DNA of 64,000 bases from Caldisphaera sp. (GTDB lineage: Archaea > Thermoproteota > Thermoprotei_A > Sulfolobales > Acidilobaceae), in assembly GCF_023256325.1 (NCBI RefSeq), contig NZ_JAGDXI010000006.1, positions 47,091 through 111,090 on the forward strand, read 5' to 3'. The notes under the pieces are model-generated. The model saw nothing but the letters and a program-made list of their open reading frames with translations, had not been told where the DNA came from and ran no database searches. How positions within the stretch are numbered: the stretch's first letter is position 1; every line of letters starts with the position of its first letter. The translations under genes and the position numbers were made by a program. Shown here one piece after another: positions 1 through 10,638 of the stretch.

Positions 1-2
1 AA

Positions 3-140
3 AAGGAATTAATAGGAGGACATCTGATTAGAGCTACTGTAGATCCTCTAGTTGAATTAACTATATTAAAAATCGATGGATCATTTTCAAGAGTATACAA
101 TCCTGAAACAAATTTAAAAGAATTTAATCCTGTTATTTAA
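3..140 (+). CDS. Partial (3' end) PPC/DUF296-domain protein
   Basis: Open frame from the window edge reads KELIGGHLIRATVDPLVELTILKIDGSFSRVYNPETNLKEFNPVI*. The GGHL motif and R-x-Y-x-P-E-T-x-L tail are typical of PPC/DUF296 proteins. Confidence 0.7.
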   Translation, partial: KELIGGHLIRATVDPLVELTILKIDGSFSRVYNPETNLKEFNPVI

Positions 141-322
141 CTGGTCTCCCTCATCTAATGGCGAAACGCAGCTCATATTCTGTTAAACTCGTTACATTTC
201 AATCCAAGATATTATAATGGCATATTTTATAATCTATCATTCCACCCTGAATAACCTAAGTTCCTAAATTATTAGGGGTTGCAAAATGATAGGAGTCACC
301 TTTACAATAGATCGGAGAAAAG

Positions 323-1231
323 CTAGTACTTATTAACTTCATCTATTACTCTTTTTATCTTTATTTTATTTTCAGCATCTTCTTCTCTTAATGGCATCCT
401 AACGTAACTTTTAATTGGAGAATTCATTAGTTCTAATGCAGCTTTTGTTGCGCTTGAATTAGAAAAACCAATGTCATAGATCCTTGATATTTGTAAGATT
501 TTTTTATTTAATTCTAAAGCTTTGTCATAGTGACCACTTACAAATTCATTATATAATTCAACATGTAGTTTAGGAAATACATTTGCTAACCCTGATACAG
601 TTCCATCCCCGCCCATAATTAACACAGGTAAGAACATTTGAACCATCCCTGTTAATATATAAAAATTCTTTCTTAATCCTTTCATAACTTCAATGCTTTT
701 TCTTATATAATCAAAGTTATCATATGTTATCTTAACCCCGATCACATTGCTATGCTCTTTAGCCAACTTTTCATATATGCTTATTGGTATTACAGTCCCT
801 GTTGTGAAAGGATTATTATATAATATAATTGGAGCATCTAGAGATTTAGCTATTGTGGAAAAGTGCATATATAATTCGCTTTCTTTCAACTTATAGAAAA
901 ATGGGGGCATAACAATTAATCCATCTGCTCCATAATCTAAGTAGGTCTTTCCTAGAAAAATAGATAATTGCGTTGAATTTGTTGTGATACCTGGTAATAT
1001 TGGAACTTTTTTATTTGAAAATTCTATAGTCTTTTTGACAAAGTTTATTTGTTCTTCTTCTCTTAAACTAACAAATTCACCAGTAGTTGAATTTGGAAAT
1101 AAGGCGTTAACTCCATTATTTATAGTATAATCTATTAGCCATTTTAGTCCTTCATAGTCTATATCGCCATTATATTTAAAAGGTGTAACCATAGGAACTA
1201 CTACTCCTTTAAGTTCCAAATTTTCACCCAT
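323..1231 (-). CDS. Dihydrodipicolinate synthase / N-acetylneuraminate lyase family aldolase
   Basis: VTPF, STTGEF, ILYNNP, and Schiff-base Lys in IGVK. Confidence 0.9.
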   Translation of the reverse strand: MGENLELKGVVVPMVTPFKYNGDIDYEGLKWLIDYTINNGVNALFPNSTTGEFVSLREEEQINFVKKTIEFSNKKVPILPGITTNSTQLSIFLGKTYLDYGADGLIVMPPFFYKLKESELYMHFSTIAKSLDAPIILYNNPFTTGTVIPISIYEKLAKEHSNVIGVKITYDNFDYIRKSIEVMKGLRKNFYILTGMVQMFLPVLIMGGDGTVSGLANVFPKLHVELYNEFVSGHYDKALELNKKILQISRIYDIGFSNSSATKAALELMNSPIKSYVRMPLREEDAENKIKIKRVIDEVNKY

Positions 1232-1283
1232 TATATTTGCATTATTAAAGTTAATAAATTCGCTTTTTATTATAATGATAAAA

Positions 1284-2462
1284 CTATAAATTTATTTCAT
1301 CAAGCTTTATTATTTGCAAGTTATTCGTATCAAAGCCATAGGTGTACCATAAAGCTGATCCTAACAAACCAATTATCCAAAATAATATATCATAAATTTG
1401 GAAAAAGGCAATGCTAAAACTATAAGTAAATATGGCCGAAAATATATAAATAATCCAACCAGATGCTCTTACTACAGATATTCCTGTTGCTCTATATTTT
1501 GTTCTAAGCAACTCTCCTTCAAGTACTAGCCTAGTGCCCCAGGTTAATTGAGTAAAAATACCGTTTGTTAATATTAATGATAAAAACAAAATATAATTAT
1601 TAAATGAGTGTACAATTAATAGTAAAATTAGTGAAGTTAAAGACCCACCAAAAAAACCAAATAATGTAAATGAAGTTCTCTTTATTTTACTAATAATAAA
1701 ATAACCTAAAAGACCACCAGCAATGTTTCCTAAATTAAAAAGAAAGACTATATAATAAGTTAAATTAGGATAATAGTATGGCCCGATAACCCAAGATATT
1801 AAACCATAAGTTAAAATCGTTGAAATTGATATTAATATTAAAGGCAGAATTCTTTTGTGATTTTCATTTATAAAACTTATGTTTTTTGAATTGGATAAAA
1901 CCCAGACTTTAGATTCAGGGAGTTTTTTTCTAAAAAAGTAAGAACTTGTAAGAGAAAGGATTAAAATAAATGTTATAGTTAATTTAATTATTGTATAATT
2001 TTCGAAGAATATAAAGATAATGGATGATAAAAGAGCTCCAATATTAACAAAATTTGTAATTAGCATTATAAATTTACCCCTATCATTCGCGCTTAGATTT
2101 TCGGTCAAATAAGAAATGATAGCTGGTTCATCTCCACCTGCTATAGAAAAGAGAAAGAGGCCTATTCCAATTAATGATATATAAGGATTAAGAAGAAGAA
2201 ATAGCAAGATGCCAATAGAAAACAATATTGGAGTGATTACTAATACTGGTTTTCTACCGTATTTATCTGCAATATAGCTAAACAAAAAATTTCCCAATAA
2301 AAGAGATACTGGCGGTTCTATAAGTAGGTATAGTTCCATACTTTTTGGATAAAAACTTATTTGTGTTAATAATGAACCTAAAGTTACTGAAAATCCATAT
2401 AGAAATATTGATATTGAAGTACTTACGAAAGTATAAGCCCTCAACTTGCTATAATCTTCCAT
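1284..2462 (-). CDS. MFS transporter
   Basis: About 12 hydrophobic segments, motif A-like IADKYGRKP, LPES motif. Confidence 0.9.
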   Translation of the reverse strand: MEDYSKLRAYTFVSTSISIFLYGFSVTLGSLLTQISFYPKSMELYLLIEPPVSLLLGNFLFSYIADKYGRKPVLVITPILFSIGILLFLLLNPYISLIGIGLFLFSIAGGDEPAIISYLTENLSANDRGKFIMLITNFVNIGALLSSIIFIFFENYTIIKLTITFILILSLTSSYFFRKKLPESKVWVLSNSKNISFINENHKRILPLILISISTILTYGLISWVIGPYYYPNLTYYIVFLFNLGNIAGGLLGYFIISKIKRTSFTLFGFFGGSLTSLILLLIVHSFNNYILFLSLILTNGIFTQLTWGTRLVLEGELLRTKYRATGISVVRASGWIIYIFSAIFTYSFSIAFFQIYDILFWIIGLLGSALWYTYGFDTNNLQIIKLDEINL

Positions 2463-2814
2463 GTGGATACCCTATCCAATTCATTGATTTAAAGGTTTAA
2501 ATATCTTAATTACTTGTTACCATTAATGATAAAATAATTGATCTTGTGTTAAATTTAAAGGTTTAATATAATAAATTTTCGAATAATTAAAAATAATTAT
2601 CAGATACTTAGACTATTTAATCAAGTGATAATATTTAAATACCAGAGCATCCTCGTAGAAGAGATTTAGTCTAAGGAACTCTCTCGCAATTACAAAACGA
2701 TTTTCTAGAAGGAATTATTCCATTTTCTGCTCGCATAAAGAACTTTTCTTTTATCTGTTATGGATTTAATTTTTTACTTTTTTTGTTTCTTGCAAATGAT
2801 AATTTAAATAATGC

Positions 2815-3546
2815 CTAAATAAATTTGTGAGATATTTTTAATGAGTTGATTAATCCCTCATGATCCATCGGAGAGGAAAATAAAATTCCATCCACGTAGT
2901 TTTCAACTTTTTGAATGGCTTCATCTAATTTTTCCATTTGAATCAATTCTTCAATAGGTAAATGTTTTAATAAAAATTCTCTATTTTTTTCAGTAATTAA
3001 AACAAAATACAAATATAGTTTAGATCTTTGTCCTTTAACTTTTTTTGATACTTCCTCCAGTTTTTCACTAAACCATGGCCTTGTTATCAAATAAAATGAG
3101 GCTCTACGTTCTATTCTGTCATTTATTTCGCGAATAGGTTTGTTTAAATTTAATAATAATCCCAGATTTGTATCGATATACTTTGATCTTATTATATCTA
3201 TAGCTTCATCTGGCGTTATATCATCAATTTTTTTCCCTACTTGCGGTAGATCTCCTCTAACTAATAAGAAATTATTTATTTGATTCATTTTAAGAGCAGT
3301 AATTGTGTTAATTAAGTTAAGCCTATTTATATCTAGCAAGCGCAAGTTGGTAATTATGTTGGCGCTATCAAACTTATCTTTTACTAAGCAAGATATTATT
3401 GAAGAAGAGGGTGAAGGCATTCCTAAAGGAGCATCTGGTATATCTATAATATCTGAGTACTCTATTAGATCTTTTGCATATCTCAAAAGTTTTTCTTTGT
3501 TGCTATATGGTGTTAGCTCTGCTATTATATCTTTCATCTCAGCCAC
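2815..3546 (-). CDS. Methylenetetrahydrofolate reductase-like (FAD-linked TIM barrel) protein
   Basis: AELTP at the N-terminus, IDIPDAPLG, RLLDINR, LLVRGDLP resemble short archaeal MTHFR homologs. Confidence 0.65.
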   Translation of the reverse strand: MAEMKDIIAELTPYSNKEKLLRYAKDLIEYSDIIDIPDAPLGMPSPSSSIISCLVKDKFDSANIITNLRLLDINRLNLINTITALKMNQINNFLLVRGDLPQVGKKIDDITPDEAIDIIRSKYIDTNLGLLLNLNKPIREINDRIERRASFYLITRPWFSEKLEEVSKKVKGQRSKLYLYFVLITEKNREFLLKHLPIEELIQMEKLDEAIQKVENYVDGILFSSPMDHEGLINSLKISHKFI

Positions 3547-4398
3547 CTAAGGTTTTGTGCTCATTAAAAAACCTAATAATCCTATAAGCATAGCTATTAA
3601 GGAAATATTTTTGTTTTTTGTAGATATTTCTTTTGTAGGTTTTATGATAGTTAGTAACGATAGTGTAATAAATATTATATCAACTATGGATATTGGTATT
3701 ATATATATCATTGTATATACTTTATTCATGATAACTGGTAATGGACTTAAAGAGACCGCGATAATATAAAATAGAAAAGCAAAGATTGCTGCAGTTCTCC
3801 TTCCAAAAATTACTGCTAATGTTTTAACTCCAGCAATTTTATCTCCCTCGACATCAGAAATGCCTTTAGTTATTTCTCTGGCTATACCTGATAAAAATAT
3901 CATTAACCAATAAATCACGATATTCAAACCAAGTTTATTTATCATAGCCGCCCCATATAATAGGGGAACCCCCATAGAGTATGCAACCATTACATTTCCA
4001 ATGAATCCAGATTTTTTACCTTTCTTATTGTATAGAACTGCTATAAAATAAGATATCAAGGCTATAATGAATGTTATTATACCAGTTAAAAAGGAGAAGA
4101 TTAAACCTAAAAATGTAAATAGATAAAATAAAAAGTATGCTCTATTTGTATTTATCTTACCTGAAGGTAAAGGCCTACTAGGATTATTTACTTTATCTAT
4201 ATTTATGTCTATTATGTCGTTTAATATCATTGCACTTGAAGATATGAAAAATCCTGTTAAAAAACCAAATATTAGAGAATTTATAGGAGGAATTTGTCTT
4301 CCAGAAGCGATAAATGAGCCAACAATCACGGAAAAACCTATCATAATATCATTTAATGGTCTTATTAATTTAATATAGTCCTTAATCATTTTGATCAA
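3547..4398 (-). CDS. UbiA-family prenyltransferase, likely digeranylgeranylglyceryl phosphate synthase
   Basis: LIRP, NDIIDINIDKVNNPSRPLPSG and REITKGISDVEGD Asp-rich motifs; multi-pass membrane protein. Confidence 0.88.
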   Translation of the reverse strand: MIKMIKDYIKLIRPLNDIMIGFSVIVGSFIASGRQIPPINSLIFGFLTGFFISSSAMILNDIIDINIDKVNNPSRPLPSGKINTNRAYFLFYLFTFLGLIFSFLTGIITFIIALISYFIAVLYNKKGKKSGFIGNVMVAYSMGVPLLYGAAMINKLGLNIVIYWLMIFLSGIAREITKGISDVEGDKIAGVKTLAVIFGRRTAAIFAFLFYIIAVSLSPLPVIMNKVYTMIYIIPISIVDIIFITLSLLTIIKPTKEISTKNKNISLIAMLIGLLGFLMSTKP

Positions 4399-4448
4399 CT
4401 CATTATTTTTATTATCCCCTAACGTTATATAAATAAGAGGGATTAAAA

Positions 4449-5225
4449 ATGGAATCTAGTATTGAATCACAAATAGGAAAAGCATCTGCCAAATTTAAAT
4501 ATCCAGATTCTAGAGTTTTATATCAAATAACATCAACATTATCTGAAATAATAGAGGAAGCAAACTTTGAAATAAAAAAAGAAGGTATAAAAATAGTTGC
4601 TACTGATCCAGGAAAGATAGCTTACATAGAAATTAACATGCCATATGAGACTTTTTTAGAGTATGAAGTTGAGAAGGAAATAAACATGGGAGTTAATGTG
4701 CAGTCCCTTAGTAATATAGTATCAAGAGGCAAGAAAGGTGATAATGTCACATTTTTAGTCTCTGATCAAAATATATTAATTAAAATTGAAGGGGATGTAA
4801 TAAAGAAATATCTAATACCAAACATAGAAGTCTCAATAGATGTTCCCAAAGATATTAAGATAGATTTTGATACAAGAGTTGTAGTTATTGGTGACACTTT
4901 TAAGAAAATCTTATCAGACGCTAGCTCCTTCGGGGACATAGTAGAGCTGGAAGCTGATGAAAATAGTTTTAAGATAAGAGCTAAAGGTGAAGGACCTAGA
5001 GCTGAAGTTAATTTGTCTAAAGGTTCTACTTCATTAATTGAAATAGAAACTAAGAATAAATCCATTAGTTCCTACGATGTTAACTATTTAAAAAATGTTT
5101 TAAATCTAGCTAAGATCGCTGAAACAGTTGAAGTTAGATTTTCTAGCGAAAAGCCTATAGAATTAATATTTAACGCTCCAGATAAGAGCAAGATAAGGTA
5201 TTTGCTTGCCCCAACGACTCAGTAA
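4449..5225 (+). CDS. pcn: DNA polymerase sliding clamp (PCNA) subunit
   Basis: 258 aa; EANFEI..GIKIVATDP near the N-terminus, C-terminal IRYLLAP. Confidence 0.93.
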   Translation: MESSIESQIGKASAKFKYPDSRVLYQITSTLSEIIEEANFEIKKEGIKIVATDPGKIAYIEINMPYETFLEYEVEKEINMGVNVQSLSNIVSRGKKGDNVTFLVSDQNILIKIEGDVIKKYLIPNIEVSIDVPKDIKIDFDTRVVVIGDTFKKILSDASSFGDIVELEADENSFKIRAKGEGPRAEVNLSKGSTSLIEIETKNKSISSYDVNYLKNVLNLAKIAETVEVRFSSEKPIELIFNAPDKSKIRYLLAPTTQ

Positions 5226-6676
5226 ATTATTAAAGATTTGTCAAAAGCTAACTCTCCTGGAAAGGGGCTTTTCGCTATTCCATTAATAGGGTCTCCATTA
5301 GAGTAACAAATTGAATTTAAAATTGTTTCTATTTTATCAGATCCTTTAATTACAACACCTTTTTTAGATTTAGCTAGTTTGTTAATTATATTATCATTGC
5401 CAAATATTATTGTAATATTTGTTCCTGACATCATTTTTACTATAGATATGGCCTCAGTGCAGGTAGAAACACTTGTTGATGTTAGTACAGGTGCTTCTAC
5501 ATCATTCCAAAGTATTTCTGAATTCTTAGCTATGTTATCAATAAGTGTAGGCTCAATGTATCTTCCATTTGTTAACCCCCCGGTTAACAATGATCCTCCT
5601 TTATAAATCGCATCATTAATTAATTTTGTTGATCTATCGGCAATTTCTTTGTTTTTTAATGGTCCAACCTCTTTTCCTTCTAATGGATTTCCGACAAGTG
5701 ATTGCGAAAATCTATCAGCAATAGATTCTATTATGTTATCTTTCAAGTGTTCAAGTGAAATTAACCAGCTAACTGAACCACATGCCTGACCAGAATGTTT
5801 TAGTGAAAGCCTTGCTATTATGTTGGAAAGCAAATCAACATTTTCAGGTAAGTTGCATAAAACAACAACTACCCTTCCAGAGCAATTAGCAATAAACCTT
5901 CCAGAGAGGTTTTTCATTAAGTTTTTGTAATTGATTTTTTTCCCATAAAAGTAATATACAAATTCTTCATTATCAAATAAATTAATATAAGACATACCTC
6001 TTGTTGGTAAAAACGAAATGGATTCAAATAATGATGAGTCAGAAAACATAGAAATTGCTGAAAGAGAAGAGGCTAAAGAGTATGATGAAGGCTTAACTAT
6101 TACAGGTGTTCCTGAGATTAATGACCTAGTTATTGAAGAAATCGTTGTAAAAAATGGAGAAGTATATGCTGGAAAAACAATGCTTAATCCTTTTTCTAAT
6201 TTTACTTGAGTTATTGTATTGCTTGAATCTGAGACAAATGATATAGGTCCGTCTCTTGTTAAGGTTTCTGTATTAGATAGGAAAGCCCACGAATTTTCCA
6301 TAATCTTCTCAGCAGCTTGAATCTCTTCTCTAGACAATTCAATACTTTTTCCAGTTTCTAATGATATTAATCTTGATATGTTTTCTTCATATTTTTCTAT
6401 CTTACTTGATATCTCTATTAATTCTTCAATCCTATTATAAATATTAGTAGATTTTAGGGAGTCAGAGTTTAATGATGTTTCCATGGCCTTCTTTATATCA
6501 TTTTGATCGGGTAATCCAAAATTGTAAGGTTCGTCTAGTATATTTTCCTTCCATATTCTTATTTCGCCTTCTAATGGTTTCCCGTTTAATATATAAGGTA
6601 ATCCATTTCCATCACTTGAGACAAAAGATGAATCAATAGCTTTCATTTCTTTTATTATTAATCCCATCAATATCAC
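5219..6676 (-). CDS. Aldehyde dehydrogenase-fold protein with degenerate motifs
   Basis: LETGK, VIVKPS, SGQAC (catalytic Cys), YIEPT and E-APV present; FTGS and ELGG motifs replaced. Confidence 0.75.
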   Translation of the reverse strand: MILMGLIIKEMKAIDSSFVSSDGNGLPYILNGKPLEGEIRIWKENILDEPYNFGLPDQNDIKKAMETSLNSDSLKSTNIYNRIEELIEISSKIEKYEENISRLISLETGKSIELSREEIQAAEKIMENSWAFLSNTETLTRDGPISFVSDSSNTITQVKLEKGLSIVFPAYTSPFFTTISSITRSLISGTPVIVKPSSYSLASSLSAISMFSDSSLFESISFLPTRGMSYINLFDNEEFVYYFYGKKINYKNLMKNLSGRFIANCSGRVVVVLCNLPENVDLLSNIIARLSLKHSGQACGSVSWLISLEHLKDNIIESIADRFSQSLVGNPLEGKEVGPLKNKEIADRSTKLINDAIYKGGSLLTGGLTNGRYIEPTLIDNIAKNSEILWNDVEAPVLTSTSVSTCTEAISIVKMMSGTNITIIFGNDNIINKLAKSKKGVVIKGSDKIETILNSICYSNGDPINGIAKSPFPGELAFDKSLIIY

Positions 6677-7212
6677 CTAAAAGAAACCGGTTCTTCAGGA
6701 TATCCAGATACTTTATTTATATAAACAGCAAGAGCAAAAAGAGCACTGCTAAGCCTATTAATGGCCTTATAAACAATATCATCAAAATTAAATTCTCTAC
6801 CAGCTTTTATTAAAGCTCTTTCAGCTCTTCTTACTACTGTTCTAGCAACATGCAACGCAGATGCTGATTGTGTACCTGCAGGTAAAACAAAATGCTTTAA
6901 GGGCGCTAAACCATAATATTTATCCGCCAATTCTTCTAGTTTAGATATATCTTCTTCATTAATAGCTTTTACTCCAGAAACATGAAACCCTATTCTAAAC
7001 GTTAAGTATTGAAGATCTTTAAGATCATTTTCAATGTCTTTCATATATGGCGGTAAAAACGACCTAGCTAATCCTATAAAGCTATTTGCTTCATCTAAAG
7101 TCCCAATTAGTTCTATTATAGGATGGTCTTTAGGAACCCTGGTTTTTAATAGATTGCAGTAGGTACTTCCGTCATCTCCAGTTCTCGTAAACACGTGGCT
7201 CAATAACTGCAC
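6673..7212 (-). CDS. pduO: PduO-type ATP:cob(I)alamin adenosyltransferase
   Basis: TRTGDDGST, GTLDEANSFIG, ARTVVRRAER, NRLSS. Confidence 0.92.
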   Translation of the reverse strand: MQLLSHVFTRTGDDGSTYCNLLKTRVPKDHPIIELIGTLDEANSFIGLARSFLPPYMKDIENDLKDLQYLTFRIGFHVSGVKAINEEDISKLEELADKYYGLAPLKHFVLPAGTQSASALHVARTVVRRAERALIKAGREFNFDDIVYKAINRLSSALFALAVYINKVSGYPEEPVSFR

Positions 7213-7238
7213 CCAATTAATATGTGCGTTTAGAGATT

Positions 7239-9362
7239 TTAATAATATGTTATATTTGCTGAGATATCATAATGGGCAGTTAAAGGCGTAGTTGTTTGTG
7301 CAAAGACATAGCCCATTCTAAATGCATAGCTTTCTACAAGCATCATTCTATCTTGAAGCCTTGGCAAATATTCTAATGCTTCCTTAGGAACAGAAATTTT
7401 TTCTAGTTGGCTTTTTTCTGTTCTCAATATAATTTTAGTGTTAGTTAATTGGAGTATAATATCATTAAGATCTGAAGGAGAATGAGTGCTGAATACTAGG
7501 CCAACACCTCTTGCTCTTCCAAGTCGCGCAATTTTTGAAATCATTGCTGATATTTGCCTGATTGCATCTAAGTCTTCTTTTACTTTGCTTTCATTTTGGA
7601 AAAATTGATGCGATTCGTCTATAATTACCATAAGGTTAGGTGTTTCAATTCTTTTTGCCCAAGACTTATGTTTCCACGATATCAATTTATCTAATGTCCT
7701 ATAAGTTATAGCCCTTAATGCATCGAATCCAGCTAAGTCTAATCCCCATTTTAAGTCTAAAATTATAGGTATGTTTTCATCATTACTCAGATCTACTATA
7801 GTGCTCCAATCAGGTTCATTAATAGGTATTAACTTTTTTTGTTGCGGTACCAAAATATCAATAATTTGGGTTTCAATGAGTGAAGATATTCTTCTATATA
7901 AAGCCTTTATTGTTTCTTCATGGGATCTAGCTTTGAGTAATATATCAACATACTCTCCTATAGCATCTAGAATTGTGAAGTCATAGTTATCTACAGTCAT
8001 ATTTTCTATAGCTAAATTATCAGAATTGATTATATATGGCTTAACATACTCTAATGCTTGTTCTAATGGCTCGTCCTTTTCATCATAATTATCTTTATTA
8101 TAGTTTTTATTAAAAGATCTGTAAATTGATTTATCTATAAATATTGATAAAGCTCCATAAATCGCTTGAATTGGTGAATAAACTCCATGTTTTTTCTTGA
8201 ATTTTTCTCTCATTTTCTTGAGAAGATCTTTTGCTAAAGGAGTAAGACCTGGTAATAACGGAGAAAGATTGTCTGTACTTGTTTCTAATGTATTTATTAC
8301 GTATGGAATAAATATTAGCTTAAATGGATTATTAGTCTGTAAAATCACTGTTTTATTTCTTTCAAATTGGTTAAATTCTACCTTATTATTATTTATTAAA
8401 GGTCCAAAAGTTTCATAAAAGTATTTTTTTGCAATTTCTTTAAATGTTTTATTGATATCAATCATGTTCACGTCTAATTTAGATTCTATTAAATCTGATG
8501 ATATTGGGACTACGGATATTATACCTTTAAGTTGCCTAACATCTTTATAGCAACTATTTGCTATTTCTTGAGGAATAGGAGTTATATTATTTGGTATTGG
8601 TAACTGTACAAAATCTTGATTTAAATCAATAATTATAGATATTGGGTGCTTTTCAAGTTGATTATATAAGCTTGCTATCAAATTTTTTAGTAATGTTGTC
8701 TTCCCACTTCCAGTAGTACCTAATATAAGCATATGATGATAAAGAGCACTAAGAGGCAACCTAACTGGTATTTGACCATTCTTTACTAGGCCTGAAGGTG
8801 TACTTAATGCCCCTAAAGTTATTCCTTCTCTTGGTAAATCTAATAGCTTAATTAAAATATCAGGATTTGGATCTACTACCGGTGATTGAGGCTCTATGCT
8901 TTTTGTAGCTGGCCTTGGATTTTTATCATCCTTAGTCATTTCTAAAACGAGTTCTCCCTTAACTAGAGTATTTGTTATTAACCCTCTAGGTTCTACACTA
9001 TTTACTATTTGGCTTATTGGGGGTTCTAACCCTATAGCTGCTAATTCATCCTTTCTTATTATACTTTTTATTCTTATCAAAACTTTTCTCAAATCCTTTG
9101 GATCTATTACAACTAAATAATCCCCAACTTTATGAAAAGGTGCGTCAGAATCTGAGTAATATGTAGCAGGGTCAATTATGAATTCTATCTCTGAATTTTC
9201 TTCAACTTTAACTTCTCCATATCTAGAAATCTTTCCAATTATTTTTCCATCTTTTCTAGCTTCTTCATATGACATCAATAATAGTTTTTCAAGTTTATTT
9301 GCTTGATCTTCTGCACTATTTAAGAATTCCTCATTTAAGCCTATTGTTTCCTTTTTATCCAT
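7239..9362 (-). CDS. herA: HerA/FtsK-family ATPase (HerA-like helicase/translocase)
   Basis: HAS-barrel-like N-terminus, Walker A LGTTGSGKT, Walker B IIDESH, RLGRARGVG and STHSP. Confidence 0.88.
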   Translation of the reverse strand: MDKKETIGLNEEFLNSAEDQANKLEKLLLMSYEEARKDGKIIGKISRYGEVKVEENSEIEFIIDPATYYSDSDAPFHKVGDYLVVIDPKDLRKVLIRIKSIIRKDELAAIGLEPPISQIVNSVEPRGLITNTLVKGELVLEMTKDDKNPRPATKSIEPQSPVVDPNPDILIKLLDLPREGITLGALSTPSGLVKNGQIPVRLPLSALYHHMLILGTTGSGKTTLLKNLIASLYNQLEKHPISIIIDLNQDFVQLPIPNNITPIPQEIANSCYKDVRQLKGIISVVPISSDLIESKLDVNMIDINKTFKEIAKKYFYETFGPLINNNKVEFNQFERNKTVILQTNNPFKLIFIPYVINTLETSTDNLSPLLPGLTPLAKDLLKKMREKFKKKHGVYSPIQAIYGALSIFIDKSIYRSFNKNYNKDNYDEKDEPLEQALEYVKPYIINSDNLAIENMTVDNYDFTILDAIGEYVDILLKARSHEETIKALYRRISSLIETQIIDILVPQQKKLIPINEPDWSTIVDLSNDENIPIILDLKWGLDLAGFDALRAITYRTLDKLISWKHKSWAKRIETPNLMVIIDESHQFFQNESKVKEDLDAIRQISAMISKIARLGRARGVGLVFSTHSPSDLNDIILQLTNTKIILRTEKSQLEKISVPKEALEYLPRLQDRMMLVESYAFRMGYVFAQTTTPLTAHYDISANITYY

Positions 9363-10558
9363 TCAGCTTCAGCCTCTCTCAGCGTATCGTAAGATATTGG
9401 GGCGCCTCTACCTACTATTGTATTGATAAGCAAATCTTTTAAAACTTGAGTTATCATTTTACCCCTCTTATCGCTGTAAGCAATTGTTATAGATTCCGAG
9501 CTTTGTTTTGTTATGGAATCATTAATTAACATTTGAACAGGTTCTGTATTGTAGATGTTAGTTAATATCTCTAAGGTTTTTTCTGTATACTCCAATCTAA
9601 ATATTCTTCCTTTACTAATACTTTGATATCTGCTCGGAGGTATTAATACATATTCTACGATTTTTTCTAATCCATCGGATTTAATCTTAATTTTAGGGGT
9701 CGTTAGTATTTTTCCATAATAATTATTATAGCAGCTGGAATACAACATTTTTTGTATTATTAATAAATCATTAAAATTCGAATAATGGCCTATGCATTGA
9801 TCAAAAATGGCTGAAAACTCTTGTAATTTTCCTAATATTTTCCCTCTCTCTAGCCTTTTTACTATTCCAATAACAGGTATATTTTGTGCTTCCAGCAATT
9901 CTACACTTTTAGCTCTATTTATCATTAGTTCGAACTTTAAATTATCATTTTTGTTGTCTAATAAAAATATTGGGCCATCAAGCAATACAACAAATTTTTT
10001 ATTTTTGCCTTTAAAATATTTTCCTAAGGCATATGATGGTTCAATAAGCGCCCAAGACTCCAATTTGAGCCTTGAATAATCCATAAATTTAGATATATCA
10101 TCCTCACTATTTAAGAAGCCTATCTGACTGATTGCTCCATTCAAATTATCAGATAAATCTAAGTCATCCGATGCTACATATATGAATGGTTCTGGCTTTA
10201 CTGGTATGTATGCTAAATCCGGATATAGGTATGGCCAATCACTTAACTCTACAGGTCCTTGACCAGATATTGAAACGGCAGAAATCATTATGTCTGCCTC
10301 AGGAGTCATTATTGCTCTGCTACTTGAATCAATTCCTATCATGAAAAAGTTTTTATCTTGTATGATTTTTTTGTTATTGAAAAATCTTGATGAGTATTCA
10401 TAGAGTTCTACATTGGTTTCCATTTCGTTCAAATCATCGTTACCAATTATATCTTTTAAAGTTAGAGAAAATTTTTTCTGAGTTGAAGTAGTTTTATATG
10501 ATTTTACTATATCATTTCCTAGATTATTTATTATTTTTGTTGGAAGATCAAAGCTCAA
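9341..10558 (-). CDS. nurA: NurA-domain nuclease
   Basis: GIDSS, LLDGP and GIVKR motifs; overlaps the herA start. Confidence 0.82.
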   Translation of the reverse strand: MSFDLPTKIINNLGNDIVKSYKTTSTQKKFSLTLKDIIGNDDLNEMETNVELYEYSSRFFNNKKIIQDKNFFMIGIDSSSRAIMTPEADIMISAVSISGQGPVELSDWPYLYPDLAYIPVKPEPFIYVASDDLDLSDNLNGAISQIGFLNSEDDISKFMDYSRLKLESWALIEPSYALGKYFKGKNKKFVVLLDGPIFLLDNKNDNLKFELMINRAKSVELLEAQNIPVIGIVKRLERGKILGKLQEFSAIFDQCIGHYSNFNDLLIIQKMLYSSCYNNYYGKILTTPKIKIKSDGLEKIVEYVLIPPSRYQSISKGRIFRLEYTEKTLEILTNIYNTEPVQMLINDSITKQSSESITIAYSDKRGKMITQVLKDLLINTIVGRGAPISYDTLREAEAEWIKRKQ

Positions 10559-10638
10559 CTCAATCGCCTATCATCTTATAATAATATGCGTATTACCATA
10601 TATATATTTAATAAAATATTAATTTTGAAAAATCAAAA

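Noticed and set aside
141..322. Mixed-composition intergenic stretch; possible C/D sRNA (TAGATGA on the minus strand) or gene relic
   Set aside because: No proper D/D' boxes; the frames I translated contain stops and no recognisable family motif.
2640..2760. Slightly GC-richer patch in an AT-rich intergenic region
   Set aside because: No convincing structure, box motifs or protein similarity by eye.
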